Shown piece by piece: positions 41,361-51,276 of a stretch of 64,000 nt of DNA (its first letter is position 1; the number at the start of each line of letters is the position of its first letter). The stretch spans positions 32,001 to 96,000 of the forward strand of contig JABCTZ010000011.1 of NCBI GenBank assembly GCA_018238155.1, given 5' to 3'. Position numbers and translations under genes: made by a program. Source of the DNA: Candidatus Heimdallarchaeota archaeon (GTDB taxonomy: Archaea; Asgardarchaeota; Heimdallarchaeia; JABLTI01). The notes beneath the pieces were generated by a model, which did not search any database, had not been told where the DNA came from, and was given only the letters and a program-made list of their open reading frames with translations.

Positions 41361-41536
41361 TTCTTTATAAAATACTAAATGAAAGCCAAAAATTAGTGAA
41401 TTGTAATATCAGACAAAGAAAGGGAAAGAATATTTCTCATTTAAATATCAAATGACTCTTTACTCCCTTTTTCTTTTATTTCAACAATTTTGTTTCTTTT
41501 TTCCCCTTCTACTTAATATAGAAATAAAAACAAAAA
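41361..41536 (+). repeat. 176-bp direct repeat, copy 2
   Basis: Matches 37155-37330; contains TTTATAAA about 35 bp upstream of the 40431-41330 start. Confidence 0.95.
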
Positions 41537-41661
41537 TATTCCAGAGCTAAGTGTTACAAACATCTTAATTACACAATCTTAAAAAATATGGGAAACGATA
41601 AAAACATGCGGTGTAGGCACAAATTTTAATAATTTCTAAGCAATCAATATTTAGTATTTAA

Positions 41662-44598
41662 ATGAGAAGGAAGTGGCTAATGATAAAGGAAATTGAAAGT
41701 AAACTTGAAGAATTTCTATCTTTTGCAAAAAAATTGTCTGGTAGAGAAAAACAAGAAGCCCAAACTTTCTTGAACCATTTATTCGAAGCATTTGGACATG
41801 AAGGGGTTATTGAGTGTGGAGCTTCTTTTGAAACCTCAATAAAAATCGAGAACAAAACCTATTATGCAGATTTGTTTTGACCTGAAAAAGTATTAATAGA
41901 AATGAAATCAAGAGGGGAAGATTTAAACAAACATATAAGTCAAGCTAAATTCTACTGGATAAATATCTATAAAATGCGACCTTCTTATGTCATTTTGTGT
42001 AATTTTGATGAATTTTGGATATTTGATTGGAACAAACAACCCGATCCAATTGATAAAATACATATAGATAATTTAGTAATTAGATGGAGAGCTTTATCAT
42101 TTCTTTACACTGGTGGAGATATAAAACCTATATTCAATAATGATAGAGTTGCTGTTACAGAAGTAGCAGCACAAAAAATAGCAAAATTATATTTGAGTCT
42201 AATAAAGAGAGGTGTAAGTCATGAAAAAGCTCAAATGTTTACACTTCAATGTTTAGTTTGTTTTTTTGCTGAAGATACTGGTTTATTTCCAGTCCGAGGT
42301 TTTTTCACAGAATTAATCCAAGATTGTATAAATGGAGCTAATAGTTACGATCTTTTTAAATTACTTTTTACTAAGATGAATTCAACAAAAAAAGAAACAG
42401 GAGGTAGATTTAAAGAAGTTTCATATTTCGATGGTGGTATTTTTGAAATCATACAACCTATTGAATTAAACAAGAGTGAATTGGAAAATTTACTCGCAGT
42501 AGCTCTTCATGATTGGTCTAAAATCCAACCTGCTATTTTTGGCAATATATTTGAATCAAGTCTAAGAAAAGATGAACGTCATAAATATGGTGCTCATTAT
42601 ACAAGAGAATCAGACATTATGAAAATAATTGAGCCAACTATTCTGCGACCGATTAGATTAAAAATTAATGAGGTAAAATCACTAAAAGATTTGGAGAAGA
42701 TTTGGATTTCTTTAAGTAAAATGAGAATTCTAGATCCTGCTTGTGGAAGTGGTAATTTTCTCTATATAGCGTTTAGGGAACTAAAATATTTAGAACTTGA
42801 TTTAATACGAAAAATGATAACTGATTATCCATCACTTGAGAAGAAAAAATTCTCTTTACAATCAAAAATTAAATCAACACAATTTTTCGGAATTGATACT
42901 AATCCTTTTGCAATAGAACTTGCCAAAATAACATTATCATTCGCAAAGAAAGATGCAATAGATACTTTTAATGAATTCAATAATCAGCGTTTGTTGCATT
43001 ATGATGGTGAGAGTCCTTTGCCTTTTGATAATCTAGATACAAATTTCATCATTGATGATGCCCTATTTATTGAATGGCCGGTTGCAGATATAATCATTGG
43101 TAATCCTCCATTTCAGTCTAAAAATAAGATGATTGAAGAATTTGGACCAGAATATGTGGAGAAGTTAAGAAAACAATTTCCAGATGTAAATGGTAGAGTA
43201 GATTACTGTGTTTATTGGTTCCGCAAAGCTCATAACAAGTTAAAAGAAGGTGGTAAAGCAGGGCTTGTTGGTACAAATACAATCAGACAAACTTATTCAA
43301 AAAAAGATGGGTTAGAGTATATTATTGAAAATAATGGGACTATTATAGAAGCTGTTTCCACTATGCCATGGAGTGGGGAAGCTCAAGTTCACGTTTCCAT
43401 TGTAAATTGGATTAAGGGAGAGATAGATGAATCTAAGAATAAGAAATTACTATTCTATGATGAGAAAAACCCCAATAATTTACTTGAGGAATATGATCTA
43501 GAATGGATACCTTCTTCTCTATCACAAAAAATAGATGTCATCTCAGCTAAAGAATTGATTACAAATAAGAATTCAGGAACTTGTTACCAAGGTCAAACTC
43601 ATGGACACAGCGGGTTTATTTTATCTCGACAACAAGCTAAAGATATTTTCAAAAGGGAACCTGAAGCAAGAGAAATAATTTTTCCTTACTTAATAGCGAA
43701 CGCAATGCTGGGTAATATAAAATCTCGTCCAGACCGATTAGTGATAGATTTTCAATCGATGTCTTTATTTGATGCACAGAGATTTAAAACCCCATTTAAA
43801 ATAGTAAAACAAAAAGTTCTACCAACAATTGAACAAAAAGCTGATGAAGAAAAGAAGTTATTTGAAAAACTAAAGAAAAAAGATACCGTTCGTCAAAATC
43901 ATTTAAAGAAATGGTGGTTATTTTGGAGAACTAGAAAGGATTTAATAAATCAAATTCAGACTATTCCAAGATACATTGCTTGTAGTCAGGTTGCAAAAAG
44001 ATCAATATTTGATTTTGTCTCATCAAATATTAGACTAAATGCTGCACTAATAGCATTTCCTTTAAGTGATGATTATTCATTTGGTATTTTACAGAGTTTA
44101 TTTCATTGGGAATGGATAAAAGCACGCTGTTCAACTTTGAAAGGAGATTATAGATATACAATAACAACAATCTATAATACATTTCCCTGGCCTCAATTTG
44201 GTATTATAAACGATATTGATATTCAAGATAACTTGGATGAAAAAATTGAACTTTGTATTGATGTAGCAAATAAAGCTAGAGAATTAAGAGTAACGCGGAA
44301 CAAACTAAGAGACGAAAAACATTTGTCATTAAGAGATATGTATAGAACACTAGAATTGCCTGGAGATAATATTCTAAGAAAATTACATGAAGAACTAGAT
44401 AACGCTGTAAGAAAAGCTTATTCCTATGGATTAATAGATACAGAAAAAACTTTTGATCCATTAAAACTACTTCTTCAATTGAATAACGCTTGTAAACATT
44501 TTGAAGAAGAAAATAAAAACCTTATAAAACCTGGGTTGCCATTTTTCTGTAAGAAAAAAGAATTCTATTCAGATGATTGTATAAGTTATCAAATATAA
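41662..44598 (+). pseudogene. MmeI-like type IIL restriction-modification enzyme interrupted by one in-frame TGA (41878-41880)
   Basis: E..EAQTF, ADLF*PEKVLIEMKSRG, GAHYT, LDPACGSGNFL, GNPPF, TFPWP; the two ORFs are in the same frame. Confidence 0.92.
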
Positions 44599-44674
44599 AC
44601 CTAAATATTTCTAGACACTCTTTAGAATTAAATCATTTGTCTACTTATTCTAAAAAAAGAGTCTACAAGAAGGA

Positions 44675-44721
44675 AAAGAGAAAAGAATGTGGCGGACACA
44701 GTAGAATATGAATCCAAGCTC
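44675..44721 (-). repeat. tRNA-Ala 3'-end repeat R3 (degenerate)
   Basis: AAAGAGAAAAGAATG-TGGCGGACACAGTAGAATATGAATCCAAG; 21/29 core plus 14/15 trailer match to R1. Confidence 0.8.
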
Positions 44722-44726
44722 TTTTG

Positions 44727-45596
44727 TTAAATATTAAATAGATCTTTATTTTCCTTCCCTTTTTTAGTAACATATTCCCTTTTTTCTTCATTATAATAAA
44801 TAGTATCAATAGGTAGTATATCTTTAGGTATTGGAGTATTTGCTACTGGATTAATATAGAGAGTTGCTTTCTTATCAGTCAATGTAAACGCATTTAAATT
44901 TGTAGTAATTAAGATAGCACTCACATCACGATTTCTGTAAAAAAAAGTGTTATTTTTTTCATCATATTTTCCAATTTGACCTTCAATAATTAATTGTATC
45001 TCAGATTCTTCAATTGACATAACAAATCCATAAATAGCATCCTTAATTGTTTCATTATCAATTGGTAATCCATTAGTACAGATATTCAAAGCTAAAATGT
45101 ATGGTTTATTTTGTAAAGAATATTTTGCTGGGTGTTTTTTATTTATTGCAACTCTCAATATTTCAATTGGTCTTGTTTCGTGTATCGTTAAGGAACCAAC
45201 TCTTCCTTCTTTTGTTTCCTGTTGTGATTTTTTTTTACTTACTTTTGCTTCAAGATAGAATTTAGTTTGTTTCCGTTTGGCATAAAAATCTGGAGTATTT
45301 TCCTCATTTTCTATATCCGGATGAATTTTAATATCATAACCACTTAAAAATAACATCTCATGTAAATAGAGTTCAAATAGTGCTCCTCTATGAACTCCAA
45401 TTTCATTTGCGATAAATCTTCGGTAAACCTCACAATTTATATTTTCGGGAAATCTATTAAACCATTTTTGTAATCTAAATTTGACCTTAGTAATTTCTGA
45501 ACTATCTGATTCAAGTAAACAACAATACTCAGAATCATTCTTTTTCTTCTCATTACAATTTTCTTTTCGTTCTGAATTAAATAATTTAAGGTTCAC
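44727..45596 (-). CDS. PD-(D/E)XK-family nuclease-like protein
   Basis: LFELY, TPDF, YLEAK. Confidence 0.75.
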   Translation of the reverse strand: MNLKLFNSERKENCNEKKKNDSEYCCLLESDSSEITKVKFRLQKWFNRFPENINCEVYRRFIANEIGVHRGALFELYLHEMLFLSGYDIKIHPDIENEENTPDFYAKRKQTKFYLEAKVSKKKSQQETKEGRVGSLTIHETRPIEILRVAINKKHPAKYSLQNKPYILALNICTNGLPIDNETIKDAIYGFVMSIEESEIQLIIEGQIGKYDEKNNTFFYRNRDVSAILITTNLNAFTLTDKKATLYINPVANTPIPKDILPIDTIYYNEEKREYVTKKGKENKDLFNI

Positions 45597-45604
45597 TGTT
45601 TTTC

Positions 45605-45775
45605 CTAATCCTTTGGATATGATATTTCAACTTCTTTAGTTATAAATATTAAACCGTTGTCGTCTTGTAAGAAGATTAAATCATCTCCTTTACAAAGATC
45701 TAATTTATCTCTTACTGTTTTTGGTAATGTAATCTGACTTTTAGTTGCTAATTTAGCACTTCCGAGAAATTTCAT
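45605..45775 (-). CDS. AbrB/MazE/SpoVT-family DNA-binding protein (not in ORF track)
   Basis: MKFLGSAKLATKSQITLPKTVRDKLDLCKGDDLIF..., GGTG SD. Confidence 0.9.
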   Translation of the reverse strand: MKFLGSAKLATKSQITLPKTVRDKLDLCKGDDLIFLQDDNGLIFITKEVEISYPKD

Positions 45776-45918
45776 TAATTGCACCTATATAATTATTTGA
45801 TTCAAGTAAAATAAACCTTTCCTTAAAATCAATTAAAAATAACAATATTGGTAAAACCCAATAATTTGGGAACCCCTTAAATAAAACCTTCTCCTATATA
45901 TCTATAGGTGATAAGAAA

Positions 45919-48054
45919 ATGGCTCTAGTAATAAAAAACAAGATTTCTTCATACACAAAAGAAAACAGAGTACTCATTTATCAAAAAGAGAAAAAAATTA
46001 GAGGTTCTCATTATAGTATTTATTCGGATGGAACAATAGAGATTAGAGGAAAGCTATTGAGTAGTACTAAATTTACTATACCAAAAGATTTGTTCCAATG
46101 GTTTGAAATCTCCAATCCATCAAGGATATTTTATGTGGAAATCAAATTGTTTCCAATAAACACCTATAGTGCTGATATTAAAGCACGGTTTTTATGCGAA
46201 AAATATGGAACCTTCATTCAATTTTTGGAACAGCTAGATCTAAAGATTGGAGAACAAGTTTTATTTAAACTTGATTTTAGAAATTCGAATATCAAACCCA
46301 CTCCTAAATTCCATAAAACACTAGCTTTGTTAGAATTACATTCCTTACCCTCTATTGAAACTCTAACTTATCTTTTTACTGGCGGTAAAGGGAATCGCGA
46401 GTTCTCTCTCTATAAAGATAACAGAAATGTTCTTTTTGTAAAGGCTAATGGGACGCTAAGAGATGGTGGTTCAGTCTCTCTGTCACAAGAATTGGGATAT
46501 TATATTGAGGATTGGTTTGAAAAAGATCATTTAGTTTACGCTTCCAAGGATAAAGAAGAAGCAAAAATAATAGAATCTAGAATAATTCGAAAAAATACTA
46601 CAAGACATCTTGAAAAATGCATCTATTTTCCTTATCAAGGGAAAAGTAAACCAATTTCATTTGTGATCTCTTCCCATGAATTTCAGTTAACAAGAGATGC
46701 AATTCAAGACTTTGATATCAAACAATCTTTAACAGAAAAAGGAATATCAATAAGTCGTTTTAAATCACATTCTCTTTTAATTGGAAATCATTGTGATTAT
46801 AAATTTGAGGCTAAAATTAGAAAAATTGCTCATCAATTCTCTTCGAATTATGATTGGTTCAATTCTCCTGAGGTTTACTTAGAATTTAATAATCAAAATT
46901 ATACCATTCAAGGAAATTTCAAAACAGTTGACAATATCATTACAGAAAGAAACCTACTAAAAATACTACTAATGGAAATAAAGACATCTGATAAAAATTT
47001 AGGAAGTGAATTAGAATATGCTATTGCGAGTATATTACACACTAAAAGCATGTTTAATCGAGACTACGTTTTTCCTATTCTTTTTATCAACCAAGATACT
47101 AAACGATTGAATGGTAGTTTAATCATAACTGAAAATTTCGGTTTCTCTTGCGGAATTATACTTATTGGTCCCGAAAAGGCATCTTCCCTTCAAGAATCTC
47201 CTCAAAAATTATTGAGTATTTTGAATGATTACACTGAAAAAATGAATATTCTTTCCAAAGAACGGTCAAAACTAATTCATCCCATTTCAGGCAATATAAC
47301 AACAAATATACTTCTGCAGAAAGAGGCATATCAACTTTTAGCTAATTCAAAACTTTCTGAAAACAAGATAATTCCTATTTATTGTTTATTAATGGGAATT
47401 ACTCTTACTGATTTTTGGTTATTATATAGATATTTTAGAGAATCAATTAATAATTGTCAAATGCAAAACCAGAGTGATTTTGGTATTCTTCAAGATGTTG
47501 AAAAGAAATCACCAAATTTAGCAATTTTTGATTATTTACATAATCTTTTAGTGGAAAAGGGCTATTTTGCTCTTTTAGCGCTAAAATCAAAGTTACCTCA
47601 AAATGAAGACTTGCACATTCTTTTACAAAATCAAGATCTCATACTTGAAAGATTCCCAGCTTGTATAAAAATTCGTGACATCTGGAAACGAAAGAGAGGT
47701 AAGGGAACTGCTTATGAACATGAAATAAGAAAGAAATTAATTAAGAATGGATATCAAGTAGCTTCCAATGTTATGCTTTCAAATCTTAGTAAACCATTTG
47801 AAGTTGACCACTTAGCTTTTAAGAATAACGCAATTACTCTTGTAAGCTGTAAAGATAGACGAAATATATCTTATGAACCAGATCTTCCACATTTGATAAG
47901 AGAAGCAGCAAACGTTCTTGAGTTTCGCAAAAACCTTCTTAATATTGATACTGCAATTCTTTATGTAAAAGTCAACCCCAACTTCTTTCACAATCAACAA
48001 TTACTGTTTGGACAGAAACCTTGGGTCAAAAATGTTGAAATAATAATTGAATGA
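45919..48054 (+). CDS. Protein with two PD-(D/E)XK-like nuclease modules
   Basis: FE..VDNII..MEIKT and GTAYE..EVDHLA..VSCK; GGTGA SD. Confidence 0.65.
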   Translation: MALVIKNKISSYTKENRVLIYQKEKKIRGSHYSIYSDGTIEIRGKLLSSTKFTIPKDLFQWFEISNPSRIFYVEIKLFPINTYSADIKARFLCEKYGTFIQFLEQLDLKIGEQVLFKLDFRNSNIKPTPKFHKTLALLELHSLPSIETLTYLFTGGKGNREFSLYKDNRNVLFVKANGTLRDGGSVSLSQELGYYIEDWFEKDHLVYASKDKEEAKIIESRIIRKNTTRHLEKCIYFPYQGKSKPISFVISSHEFQLTRDAIQDFDIKQSLTEKGISISRFKSHSLLIGNHCDYKFEAKIRKIAHQFSSNYDWFNSPEVYLEFNNQNYTIQGNFKTVDNIITERNLLKILLMEIKTSDKNLGSELEYAIASILHTKSMFNRDYVFPILFINQDTKRLNGSLIITENFGFSCGIILIGPEKASSLQESPQKLLSILNDYTEKMNILSKERSKLIHPISGNITTNILLQKEAYQLLANSKLSENKIIPIYCLLMGITLTDFWLLYRYFRESINNCQMQNQSDFGILQDVEKKSPNLAIFDYLHNLLVEKGYFALLALKSKLPQNEDLHILLQNQDLILERFPACIKIRDIWKRKRGKGTAYEHEIRKKLIKNGYQVASNVMLSNLSKPFEVDHLAFKNNAITLVSCKDRRNISYEPDLPHLIREAANVLEFRKNLLNIDTAILYVKVNPNFFHNQQLLFGQKPWVKNVEIIIE

Positions 48055-48503
48055 GAGTTAACTATATGAAACAAGATGTTCCTTTACTTGAAAGTTTATT
48101 CGGAACAAGTGATTTACCAACAATTGAAAAATATCTAACAGATGTAGAAGAAGAAACTAGAGCCAAAGCAATATGGGCATTAACGAAATTTTCTGTGGGG
48201 ATAACTTTTGAACAAGTTAGAGAAGAATTAATATCTGCAAAAAAAGACCGAACAAGGATTTTTCTAGCGGGAGCTTTATACCTTCTAAATTCTTCTTATC
48301 AATCACGAGAAATGATTTTCCTTTCCAAATATTATTTACAACATTATTTTGATGTAGAAAAAGAAGAGTTAAAAGTTGATTTTACAGGAGATTATGGACG
48401 TTCAGCAATAGTCATAGGACTTATTCTCTGGGATGTGGGATATGAAATATTTGCAACAAATACCTTGGACTTTTACGGTTTAAATTGGCTAATTGAAAAA
48501 TAA
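48051..48503 (+). CDS. Small HEAT-like protein
   Basis: EETRAKAIWAL, RTRIFLAGAL; ATGA overlap with the upstream gene. Confidence 0.6.
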   Translation: MRVNYMKQDVPLLESLFGTSDLPTIEKYLTDVEEETRAKAIWALTKFSVGITFEQVREELISAKKDRTRIFLAGALYLLNSSYQSREMIFLSKYYLQHYFDVEKEELKVDFTGDYGRSAIVIGLILWDVGYEIFATNTLDFYGLNWLIEK

Positions 48504-48555
48504 ACAGTTTTTCTTTTTCAATATCTGTTTTTGAAGTGGAGAATATAACACTAGA

Positions 48556-50190
48556 TTGGAAGTACATTTTGAAATGAACCAACAAAACTTTCTCACCTGG
48601 AAAACTGATCCATTTCTTATAGATCCAATACCCACAAGGAAAAATGATTGGTTAACTGCGAATAAGCTATTAGAACAAAAAGAGCAGTCAAAAATTTTCC
48701 TCAAAAATGATATCCTCAACCTTTATTCCATAATGGTTCGCAAAAACGATTTTCTTGCCGGAGAACGCCTTATTCAACGATTGCCTTATGTCTCTTTACC
48801 ACCTGATTTAGCTTCTAGTTTGCGTAAACCGTCACTAAAATTAGCTGAGAGATGCCATTACTATTTTCAAGATACTGCTATCAATTATTCTATCAAGAAG
48901 TGGCAGCAAAAGATTATTGATTATACGGAGAAGCAGCATCGACTACCATTTCCTTTATTTAGGATGAGTGATTTCTGGCAAGACTTTCTAATGCAAAAGT
49001 ACGTTCCCTTCCAATCTGCACGAGGAGAAACCTTCCATTTACCAACTATTCTCTCTAAAGATTTAGCTTATTTCTTAGGAGTAGTTATTGGCGATGGTCA
49101 TTTGAACTATTATAATATCGAATTAGTGGACTTTTCCCAAGAGCACACGATTATGTTACAAAAATTAGCCATGAAATTATTTGGTATTGAGGGTGCAATT
49201 TCTGGTGAGAAAAAAGTGTGGTTGTTACATTTGAATAATAAATGGCTTGTACGGTTAGCTAATTTCCTAACGGATCAACCAATTACCGGGAAAAAATACC
49301 ATGCTTTACGCGAACCACTTATTTTTACGTCGGATGAGAATCTTCGATGGGAATTCTGGAATGGAGTATTAGATGCAGATGGCAGCTATAAATCACAGAT
49401 CAATTTCTGTTCTTCATCAAAAAAATTCATAGAAGCATTTGGCTCATTTCTAGATTCATACAATTTTGACTATAAAATACGAGAATTAACCTCTGACTTG
49501 GGGAATGGTTATTCTTTAAATATTAAAGCGAAACATAAACATTTTTTTAGCCAATTCATACAACCAAGACATCCAATAAAGCAAGAAGATTTTTCACAGC
49601 ACTTAAATCGTCAATCAAACAAAAATCTCAATAATCCTACATTCAAGCGTATGTATATTAAAGATATTAATCCTCAGACACTAGTTACTATTAATGATAC
49701 TGCTTTTTTTAATTTCGAACTCATACCTATGCTCAATGTCACAAATTGCACCAGCTATTTACGAAAGTCTCGTGAAACTAACCAATGGACACAGCAAGAT
49801 TTAGCTAATTTTCTAGAAATTCAAAAAGGACGATTAGCAGCATATGAATACACCGGAAATCTCCCTATTGCTTATCTTGTCAAACTTCTTCCAATTATCC
49901 CTAAGAGTACTCCTCATTTAATGCTATTTCTAAAACGGAACAAACATAATTATTTTCGTTCACGAAAAACAATTGCTAAGTTAGATCTAGAACCAACTAG
50001 TAGTTTGCTTTCTTTAATGAAATCATTAGTGTTCTGTAAGGATTATATTACGATTAAAAATAAAAGACCAATTATTACTGAATTGAAAGACCAATTTGAA
50101 ATAGAAATTGTGAAAAAGAATCTAATTAAAAATTCGGTTTTGCATCGATTTATTAAAACATTTTTTTTGCTGAGTACAGAACGAGAATAA
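48556..50190 (+). CDS. Free-standing two-motif LAGLIDADG protein with XRE-type HTH
   Basis: LAYFLGVVIGDG, FWNGVLDADGS; LRKSRE..WTQQDLA.FL......AAYE; no intein splice motifs. Confidence 0.85.
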   Translation: MEVHFEMNQQNFLTWKTDPFLIDPIPTRKNDWLTANKLLEQKEQSKIFLKNDILNLYSIMVRKNDFLAGERLIQRLPYVSLPPDLASSLRKPSLKLAERCHYYFQDTAINYSIKKWQQKIIDYTEKQHRLPFPLFRMSDFWQDFLMQKYVPFQSARGETFHLPTILSKDLAYFLGVVIGDGHLNYYNIELVDFSQEHTIMLQKLAMKLFGIEGAISGEKKVWLLHLNNKWLVRLANFLTDQPITGKKYHALREPLIFTSDENLRWEFWNGVLDADGSYKSQINFCSSSKKFIEAFGSFLDSYNFDYKIRELTSDLGNGYSLNIKAKHKHFFSQFIQPRHPIKQEDFSQHLNRQSNKNLNNPTFKRMYIKDINPQTLVTINDTAFFNFELIPMLNVTNCTSYLRKSRETNQWTQQDLANFLEIQKGRLAAYEYTGNLPIAYLVKLLPIIPKSTPHLMLFLKRNKHNYFRSRKTIAKLDLEPTSSLLSLMKSLVFCKDYITIKNKRPIITELKDQFEIEIVKKNLIKNSVLHRFIKTFFLLSTERE

Positions 50191-50250
50191 TGTTTAGAGA
50201 TGGTTAAGAGTTCCTCTGTCATTTTGAAAAATTGAAGTATTTTGGAAATG

Positions 50251-50372
50251 CTCTCACAGCTCAGAAGTGAGAGTGAATGTTCTTGACCAAAACTCTATCG
50301 CTGAACGCTCCACTCGTGCGACCTAAAAGCCCACGCTTCGGTGGTCTTTTTTAACGGTCGTCTTCGACACGA
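50251..50372. other. GC-richer multi-hairpin element (candidate ncRNA or cis-acting site)
   Basis: CTCTCAC/GTGAGAG; nested TCGTG-CGACC-AAAAG-CCAC [GCTTCG] GTGG-CTTTT-GGTCG-CACGA. Confidence 0.55.
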
Positions 50373-50636
50373 AAACCAGAGAGAAATCAAAGAGATGATT
50401 TTGTCGTGAAAAAATACCCAAGAAAGAACATGAAAATAGGAAAAAAAGCAGAAAAAGAGATTCTAAAGGGACTTAGAATAACCTTCCGCTATACAAAAAG
50501 AAGCCTTCTCCTGCCTTATTTTCAGGCTGATTTTTCGAGACTTTTTGTTTTTTGACGAATTCTTAACATACAGTAAATTCTTGTTTCTGTTTTTTGGCGA
50601 ATTTTGTGCTTTTTAAACAAAATTTGATAGAATTAG

Positions 50637-51275
50637 GTGAGAATAATGACTTTGGAATCATCTGTGACGCAAGAACAGCATATTCATAAGGATTTATCTA
50701 GTGCTAAAGTTAAAGTGACAAACACAGTTCAAACTTTCTGTAAATACTTAATTGACAGCGCATTGAATCATGGCAGATATTATTATCCTTCATTGAATAC
50801 TTTCAAATTTGATGAGAAATTGACATTAGTCTCAAGAACAATAGATCGCTTAGTGAGATTTTTAGTTCAAGTTAATATTCTAACTAAATTAACACGATCG
50901 AAAACACAAGCTTATCAAGTCAATGTCAATAATCCATTATTCCACCTTATTTTGAGAATATATCATCCTGTTCATCCAATTACCATTTGTACAAAACAAG
51001 ACATCATTTCAATAAAAAGAATTGAAGAACTACAAAGCGGTGTAGAGCACTTGAAACATGTTTTTAGTCTATTAGAATCAAAAGAGGATCATAGATTAGA
51101 ACTTCATAGAGATTTGTTGGATGAAATAACTGAATATACTACAGTCTCAGATATTTCAACAGAAGATCTAAAAGAGAAATTAAGGTCAATCATCTTAGGC
51201 TCTAGCACAAGTGCAGAGATTAACAACTTTTCCATATTAAATGAATTTTTGCTAGAGTATAACAAGGGGGATTAA
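50637..51275 (+). CDS. wHTH + coiled-coil protein, first gene of the Cas1-like operon
   Basis: SRTIDRLVRFLVQVNIL...YQVN..NP; AGGTGA SD. Confidence 0.65.
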   Translation: MRIMTLESSVTQEQHIHKDLSSAKVKVTNTVQTFCKYLIDSALNHGRYYYPSLNTFKFDEKLTLVSRTIDRLVRFLVQVNILTKLTRSKTQAYQVNVNNPLFHLILRIYHPVHPITICTKQDIISIKRIEELQSGVEHLKHVFSLLESKEDHRLELHRDLLDEITEYTTVSDISTEDLKEKLRSIILGSSTSAEINNFSILNEFLLEYNKGD

Positions 51276-51276
51276 T

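Noticed and set aside
41878-41880. TGA recoding (genetic code 4 or selenocysteine)
   Set aside because: TGA ends other genes in the window normally (e.g. at 14589, 53350 and 58408), and the expected residue is Trp, so a point mutation is simpler.
48556-50190. Intein or intron host for the LAGLIDADG protein
   Set aside because: No Hint-domain splice motifs and no interrupted host gene are recognisable.
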